Assembly (NCBI GenBank): GCA_965208435.1
Contig: OZ242337.1
Span: 384,998-448,997, forward strand
Direction of reading: 5' to 3'
Length of the DNA stretch: 64,000 nucleotides
Source of the DNA: Candidatus Aldehydirespiratoraceae bacterium
GTDB lineage: Bacteria > Actinomycetota > Acidimicrobiia > Acidimicrobiales > Aldehydirespiratoraceae
A program made the translations under genes and the position numbers. Position 1 is the stretch's first letter. Each line of letters begins with the position of its first letter. The notes under the pieces were generated by a model. It had not been told where the DNA came from and made no database searches. It saw only the letters and a program-made list of their open reading frames with translations. Positions 47,428 to 56,017 of this stretch are shown piece after piece.

Positions 47428-48911
47428 GGCGAATCGTGGGCCAGCACCCAGGTGTCCTTGGAACCGCCGCCCTTGGACGAGTTCACGATCAACGACCCGC
47501 GCCGCATGGCCACTCGGGTGAGACCGCCCGGGAACACCTCTGTGGTCTCGCCGGTCAGAATGAAGGGTCGCAGATCCAGATGCCGGGACTCCAGACGGTC
47601 GTCTGCGAAAGCGGGCAGCGTGGAGAGCTGCACCAGTTCCTGAACGATCCACTCGCGGGGCTCGGATTCGATCCGGGCCCGGGCCGCTGCGAGTTCCTGC
47701 TCGCTGGCGTGGGGGCCGATCAACACGCCGGCGCCGCCTGATTCGCCGACTGGTTTGGCCACGAGTTGGTCGAGTCTGTTGAGCGCCTCGGCCCGCTGGT
47801 CGGGATCCCACATCGTGTATGTGGTGACGTTGTCGATGATCGGCTCCTCCCCGAGGTAGTAACGGATGAGGTCCGGGACGTAGGGGTACACGGCCTTGTC
47901 GTCGACCACCCCGTTGCCCATGGCGTTGCAGACCGAGACATTGCCTGCGCGCAGCGCTCCGAGCAGGCCCGGCACGCCAAGCGCCGAATCGGTCCGAAAC
48001 GACACGGGATCCAGGAAATCGTCATCGATCCGGCGGTAGATCACGTCCACCTTCACCAGCCCCTCGATGGTGCGGGAGTAGACCGTGTGGTCGTCGACCA
48101 CCAGGTCCCGGCCCTCCACCAGTTCCACACCCATCGAACGGGCGAGGAAAGCGTGTTCGAAGTACGCAGAGTTGAAGATGCCCGGTGTCAACACCACGAT
48201 GTGGGGGGAGTCCCGCCCGTCGGGCGACATCGACTCCAGGGTGGTGCGCAGCATGGGCGCGTACTGCTCGGTGGGCTGCACCGCGTGGTCGTCGAACAGC
48301 CAGGTGCAGACCTTCGCCATGGCCGCGCGGTTCTCGACAACATAGGAGATGCCGCTGGGATTGCGGAGATTGTCCTCCAGCACCCGGTAGCGGCCGTCCG
48401 CGCCGCGCACCACGTCGATCCCCGCGATGTTGCAGTGCGCGTTGTGCGGCACCCTGATCCCGACCGCGTTGCGTTCGAAGCCCTGCGAGGACACCACCAG
48501 CCAGCGAGGCACCACCCTGTCGGCCAAGGCCTCGCCGTCACCGTTGTAGAAGTCCGCCAGGAAGCAGTTGAGCGCGGCCACCCGCTGGCTCAGGCCGCTG
48601 GCCAGTTCGTCCCACTCGGCCGCGGCGATCAGCCGGGGGAAGAGGTCCATCGGCCAGATCCGCTCTGTGCCCTCCTCCTCGCTGTAGACGGTGAAGGTGA
48701 TCCCCTGGCGCCGGAACTCCTCGGCGACGAGCTTCTCGAGGCGCCGCAGTTCGGTGACGCCGAGCCCGCGGAACCGCTCGACGATCCGGGTGTAGGCGTT
48801 GCGGACCGACCCGTCGGGTTCGAACACCTCGTCGTAGGCCCGGCTCGCGTCGTAGCCGTCCAGAAGCCCGGTGCCCGGTACCGATAACCCGTCTCCGCTC
48901 ACGGCCGCCAT
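47424..48911 (-). CDS. Circularly permuted type-2 ATP-grasp protein (DUF404/DUF407-like)
   Basis: 495 aa. The overall sequence and the downstream alpha-E plus transglutaminase genes match the known three-gene module. Confidence 0.85.
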   Translation of the reverse strand: MAAVSGDGLSVPGTGLLDGYDASRAYDEVFEPDGSVRNAYTRIVERFRGLGVTELRRLEKLVAEEFRRQGITFTVYSEEEGTERIWPMDLFPRLIAAAEWDELASGLSQRVAALNCFLADFYNGDGEALADRVVPRWLVVSSQGFERNAVGIRVPHNAHCNIAGIDVVRGADGRYRVLEDNLRNPSGISYVVENRAAMAKVCTWLFDDHAVQPTEQYAPMLRTTLESMSPDGRDSPHIVVLTPGIFNSAYFEHAFLARSMGVELVEGRDLVVDDHTVYSRTIEGLVKVDVIYRRIDDDFLDPVSFRTDSALGVPGLLGALRAGNVSVCNAMGNGVVDDKAVYPYVPDLIRYYLGEEPIIDNVTTYTMWDPDQRAEALNRLDQLVAKPVGESGGAGVLIGPHASEQELAAARARIESEPREWIVQELVQLSTLPAFADDRLESRHLDLRPFILTGETTEVFPGGLTRVAMRRGSLIVNSSKGGGSKDTWVLAHDSP

Positions 48912-49175
48912 GTTAACCGCTACGCCCCCGCCGACAAGTACACCCGCGGACCCTCCAGGTACTCAGCGATTGCTCGATACGCGCAGGCTCCTTTTGTTCT
49001 GCGAACATGTCGCGTGACTGCTTGTCTGGCATCGAGAATCTCCTCCCGGCTGTCTGAACCCGCGCCGGCTGGTGATGGGCTGGCCTCCGTCCGTTAGGGA
49101 CGGTCTGCACTCTTCAACGCGAATGTCACAGCCATCCCTTATTGTCGAACATCTGTTCGATCAGGGAGTGAGTCG

Positions 49176-50600
49176 ATGTCAAAACGTCTACGTCCGGCGG
49201 ACACGCCGCCAAGTGGAAGCAGCGCTCAACAGATTTCCCTTCCTGGGAGCGAGTTGTGGTGTACCGTGGCCGGCATGGTTCCAGTTGAGCGACCACGCAC
49301 CAACGGTGCCATGAATTCACTGTTGGCACAGGACGCTCCCGCACACAACTGGTACCGCTTCGTGCTGTCGTTTCCGCCTCACCTTGTGCGCGACTATGCA
49401 CAACGGTTCGGACTCGACGCCAACAGCCGTGTGCTCGACCCGTTCTGTGGCACAGGCACGACTCTTGTGGAGGCGAAGAAGCTCGGCGTGCCTAGTTGTG
49501 GTCTCGAAGCGGTGCCGGTGTCCCGGCTCGCAGCCTCCACCAAGGTCAACTGGACTCCGGATCCAGACAAGTTGCTGAGGCACGCTGAACTTGTGGCCGA
49601 GAAGGCCCTCGCGATGTTGGCCGCAGACGGTGTCTCCGATGATCCGGCGCAACCGGCCCCACCGGGGGCCCAGTTGCGGAAACTCCCCGACACCAGTGCG
49701 AAGCTATTGCTCAAGAACTCTATTAGCGCTCTTCCGCTCCACAAGGTGCTGGTTCTGATCGACGCCCTCAACGGCGAACACGACTCGGCTTTTGCCGACC
49801 ATGAGCGGCTCGCTCTGGCTCGGATCCTACCGATGGAGGTCGGCAATCTACGGTTCGGGCCGGAGGTAGGTCTGGGCAAGGTCAAGGTAGACGCGCCGGT
49901 CGTGTCCGTGTGGCTTGAACGCGTGCGAGCGATGTGTGCCGACCTGCACCAACTCCAACCGTTCGCCACCACCTCTGCGGTCGCTCTAGACGCTGATGCC
50001 CGAATGGTTGGCGAGCTCCTTGAACCCAATAGCATCGACGCGGTCATTACCTCGCCGCCGTATCCGAACGAGAAGGATTACTCGCGGACGGTGCGCCTCG
50101 AATCGGTGCTCCTTGGCTACCTCAGCAGCCGCTCGGATCTTCAAGCTATGAAGAAGGGCTTGGTGAGGTCCAACACCCGCGGTGTCTACCGCGGCGATGC
50201 TGACGATGTTTGGGTGCAAGACGACGCGGAGGTAGATCGCATTGCTGCCGCGATAGAGACGCGCCGCATCGAACTCAACAAGGACTCGGGGTTCGAGCGC
50301 ATGTACCACCGGGTCACCAAGCTGTACTTCGGTGGGATGGCACGTCACCTCCTTTCGTTGAGTCACGCGCTCAAACCCGGCGCTCGCCTCGCATATGTGG
50401 TGGGCGACCAGGCCTCCTATCTGAGAGTCATGATCCGCACCGGTCAACTCTTGGCCGAGATCGCGGAGCGGGCCGGGTACGAAGTCGAGTCAATCGACCT
50501 GTTCCGCACCCGCCACGCCACAGCCACCCGCGAGCAACTCCGCGAAGAAGTACTCGTGTTGAGATGGCCAGGCGCCGAATCTGCAGCAAGCCGCCGATGA
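49176..50600 (+). CDS. DNA methyltransferase (amino-MTase, N4-C or N6-A; motif I before motif IV)
   Basis: VLDPFCGTGTTLVEAKKLG (motif I) and AVITSPPYPNEKDY (motif IV, SPPY). Start may be ATG 49311 (MNSLLAQD). Lower GC than flanks. Confidence 0.8.
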   Translation: MSKRLRPADTPPSGSSAQQISLPGSELWCTVAGMVPVERPRTNGAMNSLLAQDAPAHNWYRFVLSFPPHLVRDYAQRFGLDANSRVLDPFCGTGTTLVEAKKLGVPSCGLEAVPVSRLAASTKVNWTPDPDKLLRHAELVAEKALAMLAADGVSDDPAQPAPPGAQLRKLPDTSAKLLLKNSISALPLHKVLVLIDALNGEHDSAFADHERLALARILPMEVGNLRFGPEVGLGKVKVDAPVVSVWLERVRAMCADLHQLQPFATTSAVALDADARMVGELLEPNSIDAVITSPPYPNEKDYSRTVRLESVLLGYLSSRSDLQAMKKGLVRSNTRGVYRGDADDVWVQDDAEVDRIAAAIETRRIELNKDSGFERMYHRVTKLYFGGMARHLLSLSHALKPGARLAYVVGDQASYLRVMIRTGQLLAEIAERAGYEVESIDLFRTRHATATREQLREEVLVLRWPGAESAASRR

Positions 50601-50636
50601 GAAGCTCGCAGGCCCCAACTCAAGGATTCGTCTGAC

Positions 50637-51461
50637 ATGTCCAAGTCGAGCTTGGCGCAACGGATAATCGAGAGGCTGTTTACTGAGCGCTACAATCCAG
50701 GTGACGAACAAGTGATCTTCACGCGGGACGATTTGGTTTCTGCCGCAGCAGCGCTCGGAGCACCCCGACCCAAGAATCTCGGCGACATCGTGTACTCGCT
50801 GCGCTACCGGGTTCCACTGCCCGAGTCCATCCAACAGACAGCACCTCGGGGCAGCGAATGGGCGATCTTCCCTGGCGGCAACGCTATCTACACGCTACGA
50901 ACCGTGCCCTTCAATCTCATCGAGCCACGACAAGGACTCCGCACCATCCGCCTCCCCGATGCCACTCCTGGAGTCATCTCCAGGTACTCCCTCACAGACG
51001 AACAGGCCCTGTTGGCTCGGGTCCGGTACAACCGGCTGCTAGACGTGTTCACCGGCCTCGCCTGTTACCCCCTCCAGAGTCACCTGCGCACGAGCATCAC
51101 AATCAGTAGCGCGATCGACGGTTCGCCAAGCAGTTCACAGGTAGAAACCGATGACGTCTATGTCGGCCTAGACGAACACGGCGCGCACTACGTGCTGCCA
51201 GTACAGGCCAAAGGTGGGTCGGACTCGCTGAGCGTCATCCAAATCTGGCAGGACTTTCGAGTCGCGAAACAGAAGTTCCCCGAACTGATCCCCCGCCCAA
51301 TCGCCGCCCAGTTCATGGAGCAAAGCGGAATCGCTCTCTTTGAATTCCAAGAATCAAGTAACCAGATCACGATCGCCCGTGAGCATCACTACAGCCTCGT
51401 CGCCCCTGAAGATCTCGCACCTGGCGAACTCGCTGCATACCGCGCCGCAGCACAAAGGTAG
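50637..51461 (+). CDS. Putative type II restriction endonuclease (PD-(D/E)XK-like)
   Basis: 274 aa, 36 nt downstream of the MTase on the same strand. ETDDVYVG...LPVQAKGG is a plausible D...(E/Q)xK catalytic motif. I recognise no other family. Confidence 0.45.
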   Translation: MSKSSLAQRIIERLFTERYNPGDEQVIFTRDDLVSAAAALGAPRPKNLGDIVYSLRYRVPLPESIQQTAPRGSEWAIFPGGNAIYTLRTVPFNLIEPRQGLRTIRLPDATPGVISRYSLTDEQALLARVRYNRLLDVFTGLACYPLQSHLRTSITISSAIDGSPSSSQVETDDVYVGLDEHGAHYVLPVQAKGGSDSLSVIQIWQDFRVAKQKFPELIPRPIAAQFMEQSGIALFEFQESSNQITIAREHHYSLVAPEDLAPGELAAYRAAAQR

Positions 51462-51711
51462 CCACCCAAAGGCACCGTCCCACCCACACTCCGTCGCCTA
51501 ACCAACCGCTGACAACAACCGTCTCTGAACTGTAGAATGCGGGAATGGGGATACCTAAGCCCGACGAGCGCTTCGCGTTGGAGGCCTACCTTCCCGGATA
51601 GTGGTTCACCCCCGCGGACGTGGGGACAATGACCATCACCGACGACGACTGAACCCCAAAAGCAGGGGAACACCAGCCCGCCCGCTCCTATGTCTTAACA
51701 CATCACAACGG

Positions 51712-51797
51712 TGCCCGGGGCGGGACTTGAACCCGCACAGAGGTTTCCCTCCCGGGGGGTTTAAGCCCCCTGCGTCTACCGATTCCGCCACCCGGGC
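51712..51797 (-). tRNA. tRNA-Leu (anticodon TAA)
   Basis: Reverse complement GCCCGGGTGGCGGAATCGGTAGACGCAGGGGGCTTAAACCCCC...GCGGGTTCAAGTCCCGCCCCGGGCA; long variable arm; anticodon loop CTTAAAC. Confidence 0.9.
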
Positions 51798-51821
51798 ATA
51801 GCCATACGGTAACGCCACGGT

Positions 51822-52205
51822 TCAGATTGCCACCAGCTGTTCGTTCCGGTCCTCGACATCTGCCGGGGCGGTTGCTGCTCGTTCGGTGGAACTGTCGATG
51901 GCCAGCCACAGAGCGGCGCGGATGCGATCAGCCCGTGCTCCGCTGAGACCGTTACCGACGACTATCCCTTCGATCATGTCGGACACGACAGCGGGCCAGG
52001 GCCGGCCCCGAAGACTCACCGCGATCGTCGGCACGCCGCGGCGGCGCTTGATGGTCCGTTGCACTCCCTCGACCCCCGGCGGCGACCGGAAACACGGCAC
52101 GACGAGCCCGCGCAGCCTCGCCGCTTGACCCAACGTGCGGGCCGCTGCGGCGAACTTGAGCGACGTGGCTTGCATGACTCCCATGCTGTCACGAGGGTGT
52201 GACAC
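51822..52205 (-). CDS. Hypothetical protein (looks like a conserved actinobacterial family, function unknown)
   Basis: 127 aa; coding-like composition; LKFAAAARTLGQAARLRGLVVPCFRSPPGVEGVQRTIKRRRG...RGRPWPAVVSDMIEGIV. Start uncertain. Confidence 0.5.
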   Translation of the reverse strand: MSHPRDSMGVMQATSLKFAAAARTLGQAARLRGLVVPCFRSPPGVEGVQRTIKRRRGVPTIAVSLRGRPWPAVVSDMIEGIVVGNGLSGARADRIRAALWLAIDSSTERAATAPADVEDRNEQLVAI

Positions 52206-52241
52206 TCAAGGTGACACTCCAAGCGTGGGAGATGTGCCAGA

Positions 52242-53198
52242 GTGCAGGGCATGGAGACTCCCGTCGATTTGAACCCGGCACAACAAGAGGTCGTCGCCCT
52301 CCTCGGGGCCAAGCCCGCTGAGCGGCCTGTGTTCGAGGCAGCCCTGCGCACCGACCTGAAGTCTGCTGTCGAGGCCGGACTCGCGCCCCTGGTGGAACGG
52401 GCCAACAAGATCGACGACACCGTATGGGTCTCGAAACACGCCCTCGGACAGGTGATGGGCTGCGAACGGAAATACCTGGCCGAAGAAGACGCGCAATTCG
52501 AATGGTCGGTCCCCCTCGCCCGCGGTTCAGTCGCTCACAAGGCCATCGAGCTGTCCGTCCACTGGCGCCGTGAAGCAGAACCATTGGCGCTCGTCGACGA
52601 GGCTCTGGGCCGTCTCACCGAATCAGACGACAGCCTCGGTGACTGGCTGCAGACAATCAGCGAGGCCGAGCGGGCGGAGTTGAGGGCCGAGAGCAACGAC
52701 CGGGTCGTCAAGTTCCTCGAGTGCTTCCCGCCGCTGAAGGCCGGGTGGCGGCCGGTCACCGAGAGCCGCCTCCGCTACGAGGTCCACGACCAGTTCGTGT
52801 TCAGCGGCAAGGTCGACCTCAGCCTGGGACGCGCCGAAGGCAACCGGGCCGGCAAGGTGCTGATCGACCTCAAGACCGGCGGATTCTCCCCCCAGCACCT
52901 CGAAGACCTGCGCTTCTACGCCCTCATCGAGACCATCCGTCTGGGCACTCCCCCGCGGCGGATCGCCACCTACTACCTCGACGGGGGCAGTTTCGTGCCA
53001 GAGAACGTCACCGACGGGGTTCTGCACGCCGCCGCTGCCCGCCTGATCGACGGCACAACCAGGATCGTCGAAGTCCTGGGCGCCGAACGCGAGCCGAACC
53101 TCGTGGCGGGACCGGTCTGCCGCTGGTGCCCGGTGCTCGGCGACTGCGACGTGGGCAAGCGCCACCTTGAAGTGGACGACGAAGACTCCGGCTGGTAG
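52242..53198 (+). CDS. PD-(D/E)XK nuclease family protein (RecB/Cas4-like with Cys cluster)
   Basis: 318 aa; GKVDL...VLIDLKTG...Y motif set. Cys in GCERKY near the N-terminus plus C-terminal CRWCPVLGDC suggest a Cas4/AddB-type Fe-S cluster. Confidence 0.75.
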   Translation: MQGMETPVDLNPAQQEVVALLGAKPAERPVFEAALRTDLKSAVEAGLAPLVERANKIDDTVWVSKHALGQVMGCERKYLAEEDAQFEWSVPLARGSVAHKAIELSVHWRREAEPLALVDEALGRLTESDDSLGDWLQTISEAERAELRAESNDRVVKFLECFPPLKAGWRPVTESRLRYEVHDQFVFSGKVDLSLGRAEGNRAGKVLIDLKTGGFSPQHLEDLRFYALIETIRLGTPPRRIATYYLDGGSFVPENVTDGVLHAAAARLIDGTTRIVEVLGAEREPNLVAGPVCRWCPVLGDCDVGKRHLEVDDEDSGW

Positions 53199-53219
53199 CG
53201 AGCGAGAGGTGCAACGGCG

Positions 53220-54629
53220 GTGCGACCCACCTTCACGAGCAACCGGGTCCGATGGCGGCTCGCCGCGGCCGCTGCTGTAATGTGGGGCCGGTGTGATCCT
53301 CCGATCCCCACCCGGACGTGGGTCCGATGGCGGCTCGCCGCGGCCGCTGCTGTAATGCTGTCGGCCGGGGCTTGTGCCGCAGACACCGAGTTGTCCGAAC
53401 CGAGGCCGACTGCTCCCGTCGTGACGGCCGACGGCGAGGCGGCGCCCGCAGCCGCTCCGACCGGCGACGCTGCAACAGACGGAGAGTCGACGCAGACCGG
53501 CCGGGATGCGCAATCCGGCACACCGACACAAGCTCTGTTGAGCGATGGCAACATGCTCGACGCCGAGATCGCCTTGAAGCATGTGATCACCCTCGATGAA
53601 CCGATCGACATGGCCATCGCAGGCGGCGACGAGACGGTCTGGATCGCGCAGCGGGGCGGGCAGGTCCTGCAAGTGGACCTGAACCGAGGCGAAGTGATCG
53701 AGACGATCCTGGACGTCTCCGCGGAGACGATCGCGCAGGGAGAGCAGGGCCTTCTCGGCATAGCGGTCAGCGATGACTGGCTGTACGCGAACTTCACCGA
53801 TCTCAACGGCGACACCCGAATCGAAGCCTTCAAGCGGGACGGTCGGAGCCTCAGCGGAGAGCGCCGAACGATCCTGCACCAAACCCAACCGTTCAGGAAC
53901 CACAACGGGGGCGACCTGGCGATCGGCCCCGACGGCCACCTCTACATTGCCTTCGGAGACGGAGGAGCCGCCAACGACCCGTTCGACCACGGACAGAATC
54001 CCACCACCTGGCTGGGATCGGTCCTGCGGATCACGCCGACCCCGGATGCACCGGAGCCGTACTCCGTGCCGGCCGACAACCCCTTTGCGGCCGACCCGAA
54101 CACCGACGGCAACCAGAACGACATGCCGACAGGATCCCCCGAGACCTTCCTGACAGGAGTGCGCAATCCCTGGCGCTTCTCGTTCGACAGCGAGACGGGC
54201 GACCTCTGGATCGCGGACGTCGGCCAGGACCTCTACGAGGAGGTGACCGTCCTGCTCGCCGCCAACGGCGGGGGCGCCGGAGCCAACCTCGGCTGGCGTC
54301 TGCGTGAAGGGCTGCACGCGTTCACCGGCGACAAGCCGCCCGGCAACGTCGATCCCGTGTGGGAGTACGGCCGAGACGAAGGTTGCAGCGTGACAGGCGG
54401 ATTCGTGTACCGAGGCTCAGCGATCCCCGAACTGGTCGGGTCGTACCTGTTCGGCGACTACTGCACCTCACGCCTGTGGGCGGTGCAGATCTCTTCAGGC
54501 GAGGTCGTGTTCCGAGACTTCGGCGTCGCCGTTCCCGGCGGGTCGCTCGCCTCGTTCGCCGAGGATGCCGACGGTGAACTGTACGCCCTGTCGCTCGAGG
54601 GCCCGGTGTCTCGCGTCGTCGCGGGCTGA
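53220..54629 (+). CDS. PQQ-dependent sugar (glucose/sorbosone) dehydrogenase family protein, secreted or lipoprotein
   Basis: GEQGLLGIAV, HNGGDLAIGPDGHLYIAFGDGG, NPWRFSFDSETGDLWIADVGQDLYEEV. Start uncertain because of the duplicated signal-peptide segment; a lipobox-like LSAGAC follows the second copy. Confidence 0.85.
   Translation: MRPTFTSNRVRWRLAAAAAVMWGRCDPPIPTRTWVRWRLAAAAAVMLSAGACAADTELSEPRPTAPVVTADGEAAPAAAPTGDAATDGESTQTGRDAQSGTPTQALLSDGNMLDAEIALKHVITLDEPIDMAIAGGDETVWIAQRGGQVLQVDLNRGEVIETILDVSAETIAQGEQGLLGIAVSDDWLYANFTDLNGDTRIEAFKRDGRSLSGERRTILHQTQPFRNHNGGDLAIGPDGHLYIAFGDGGAANDPFDHGQNPTTWLGSVLRITPTPDAPEPYSVPADNPFAADPNTDGNQNDMPTGSPETFLTGVRNPWRFSFDSETGDLWIADVGQDLYEEVTVLLAANGGGAGANLGWRLREGLHAFTGDKPPGNVDPVWEYGRDEGCSVTGGFVYRGSAIPELVGSYLFGDYCTSRLWAVQISSGEVVFRDFGVAVPGGSLASFAEDADGELYALSLEGPVSRVVAG
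53245..53357. repeat. 38-bp perfect direct repeat (75-bp period) inside the 5' end of the dehydrogenase ORF
   Basis: GGGTCCGATGGCGGCTCGCCGCGGCCGCTGCTGTAATG at 53245-53282 and 53320-53357. Encodes VRWRLAAAAAVM twice. Confidence 0.9.
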
Positions 54630-54637
54630 GCAGCGGA

Positions 54638-55939
54638 TCAGCGCGGTGGAGCGGGAGTGCTCGGATGGGCCTCGGCTACCGCGGACGGCCTGTAAGTTCC
54701 GCTGCCGGAGTCGAGGGCTCGGAGGTTCCGGGTCAACAAGAGCAGAACTGCCAGGGCGAAGAACAACAAACCGAACATCAAGAAGGTCTCCCGTGGACCG
54801 AGCAGTTCGATGGCCTGCCCCATGAAGAGCTGGCCCAGCGGGCTCGACAGCAACAGGACCGTCAGGTACACCGACAGCACACGCGCCCGCAGGCCCTCAT
54901 CGACCTGCAGTTGTATTGCCGTGTTGAGCGTCGAGGCCGAAGTGATGTGGGCCATGCCCATGGCGAACATTCCGGCCAACGCCACAACGAACCAGGGAGC
55001 CACCGCCATCGCGCAGACACCGCAGCCGTACAAGAGCAGTGCTGCTTCCTGGATCCGTGAACGGTCGAACCGGCGCGCCATCTCGGCGACCATCGGTGAG
55101 GCGACCACGGCACCGACCCCCGCCGCGGAGAGCATCCAGCCGAAGCCGCGTTCGCCCTGGCCGAAGACGTCCTCAGCCACGACGATCGACATCTGCTGTG
55201 CTGTGATGCCGAAGAACCCGATAACCGCAGCCACGAACACCGCCCTGGAGATGCCGGCGTTGGACCTTGCATACACCACCGCCTCAGCGAACTCGGTCAG
55301 CGGCCGCAAACGTCCCTCTGCTCCAGTCTGGATCCGCGGCAGCCGCAGCAGGGCCAGCGCCGCTATGACCGCCAAATACGACGCCGCGTTGAGAGCGAAC
55401 GCCCAGCCTGGCCCCCATTGCGCGATCACCACGCCCGCCAGCGACGGACCCAGCATGCGGGCCAAGTTGAACTGCGCGCTGTTGAGCGTGATCGCCGACA
55501 TCAACGTGTCGCGGGGCACCAGTTCGCTGACGAACGCCTGCCAAGCGGGCAGATTCAAGCCGCCGGCGATGCCCGCCAGTATCGAGACCGCAACGTAGGC
55601 GCCCGGAGACCGGACGTCGCCGAACCACATCAACACGAAGAGGACCGCAACCAGGGCCTGGGTCGACTGGGTGACGATCAGAATCGAGCGGCGGGGGTAC
55701 CGGTCCGCTATCGCCCCTGCGAACGGGCAGAGCAACGCGGTCGGCAGCAGCTGCGTGAACCCGGCCAAACCGACCCAGCCGGCACTTCCACCGGTGAGGT
55801 CATAGACAATGAGGGGGATCGCCAGCACCTGGAACCAGCGTCCAGTGCTGGAGACGATCGCTGAAATCCACATCATGCGAAAGTTGCGATGGCGGAGAGC
55901 TTCGAAGGCGCCGGCTCTCGTATCGGCAACTTCCGGCAT
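54638..55939 (-). CDS. MFS transporter
   Basis: 433 aa, about 12 TM helices, N-terminal FRMMWISAIVSSTGRWFQ (EntS/MFS_3-like). Confidence 0.85.
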   Translation of the reverse strand: MPEVADTRAGAFEALRHRNFRMMWISAIVSSTGRWFQVLAIPLIVYDLTGGSAGWVGLAGFTQLLPTALLCPFAGAIADRYPRRSILIVTQSTQALVAVLFVLMWFGDVRSPGAYVAVSILAGIAGGLNLPAWQAFVSELVPRDTLMSAITLNSAQFNLARMLGPSLAGVVIAQWGPGWAFALNAASYLAVIAALALLRLPRIQTGAEGRLRPLTEFAEAVVYARSNAGISRAVFVAAVIGFFGITAQQMSIVVAEDVFGQGERGFGWMLSAAGVGAVVASPMVAEMARRFDRSRIQEAALLLYGCGVCAMAVAPWFVVALAGMFAMGMAHITSASTLNTAIQLQVDEGLRARVLSVYLTVLLLSSPLGQLFMGQAIELLGPRETFLMFGLLFFALAVLLLLTRNLRALDSGSGTYRPSAVAEAHPSTPAPPR

Positions 55940-56017
55940 CGCTCAAGGCTACGGAGCTCAATGCCCAATCGTGTACCGATCCGTGGAGCGGCCCGACAGC
56001 CTGCCAGAATAGGCGCC

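Noticed and set aside
49055-49063. 9-nt match (TGAACCCGC) to the tRNA-Leu T-arm region, considered as a possible attR/attL remnant delimiting the R-M islet
   Set aside because: Too short and GC-rich to distinguish from chance, and there is no extended flanking identity.
51601-51634. CRISPR-repeat-like sequence GTGGTTCACCCCCGCGGACGTGGGGACAATGACC (type I-E style CCCCGC..GTGGGG hairpin)
   Set aside because: Single copy only. No second repeat, spacer periodicity or cas genes in the window, so it cannot be called a CRISPR array. At most it is an orphan degenerate repeat or a chance hairpin.
52623-54317. 564-aa minus-strand ORF
   Set aside because: Runs antisense across two convincing + strand genes (PD-(D/E)XK nuclease and PQQ dehydrogenase). 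High-GC artefact.
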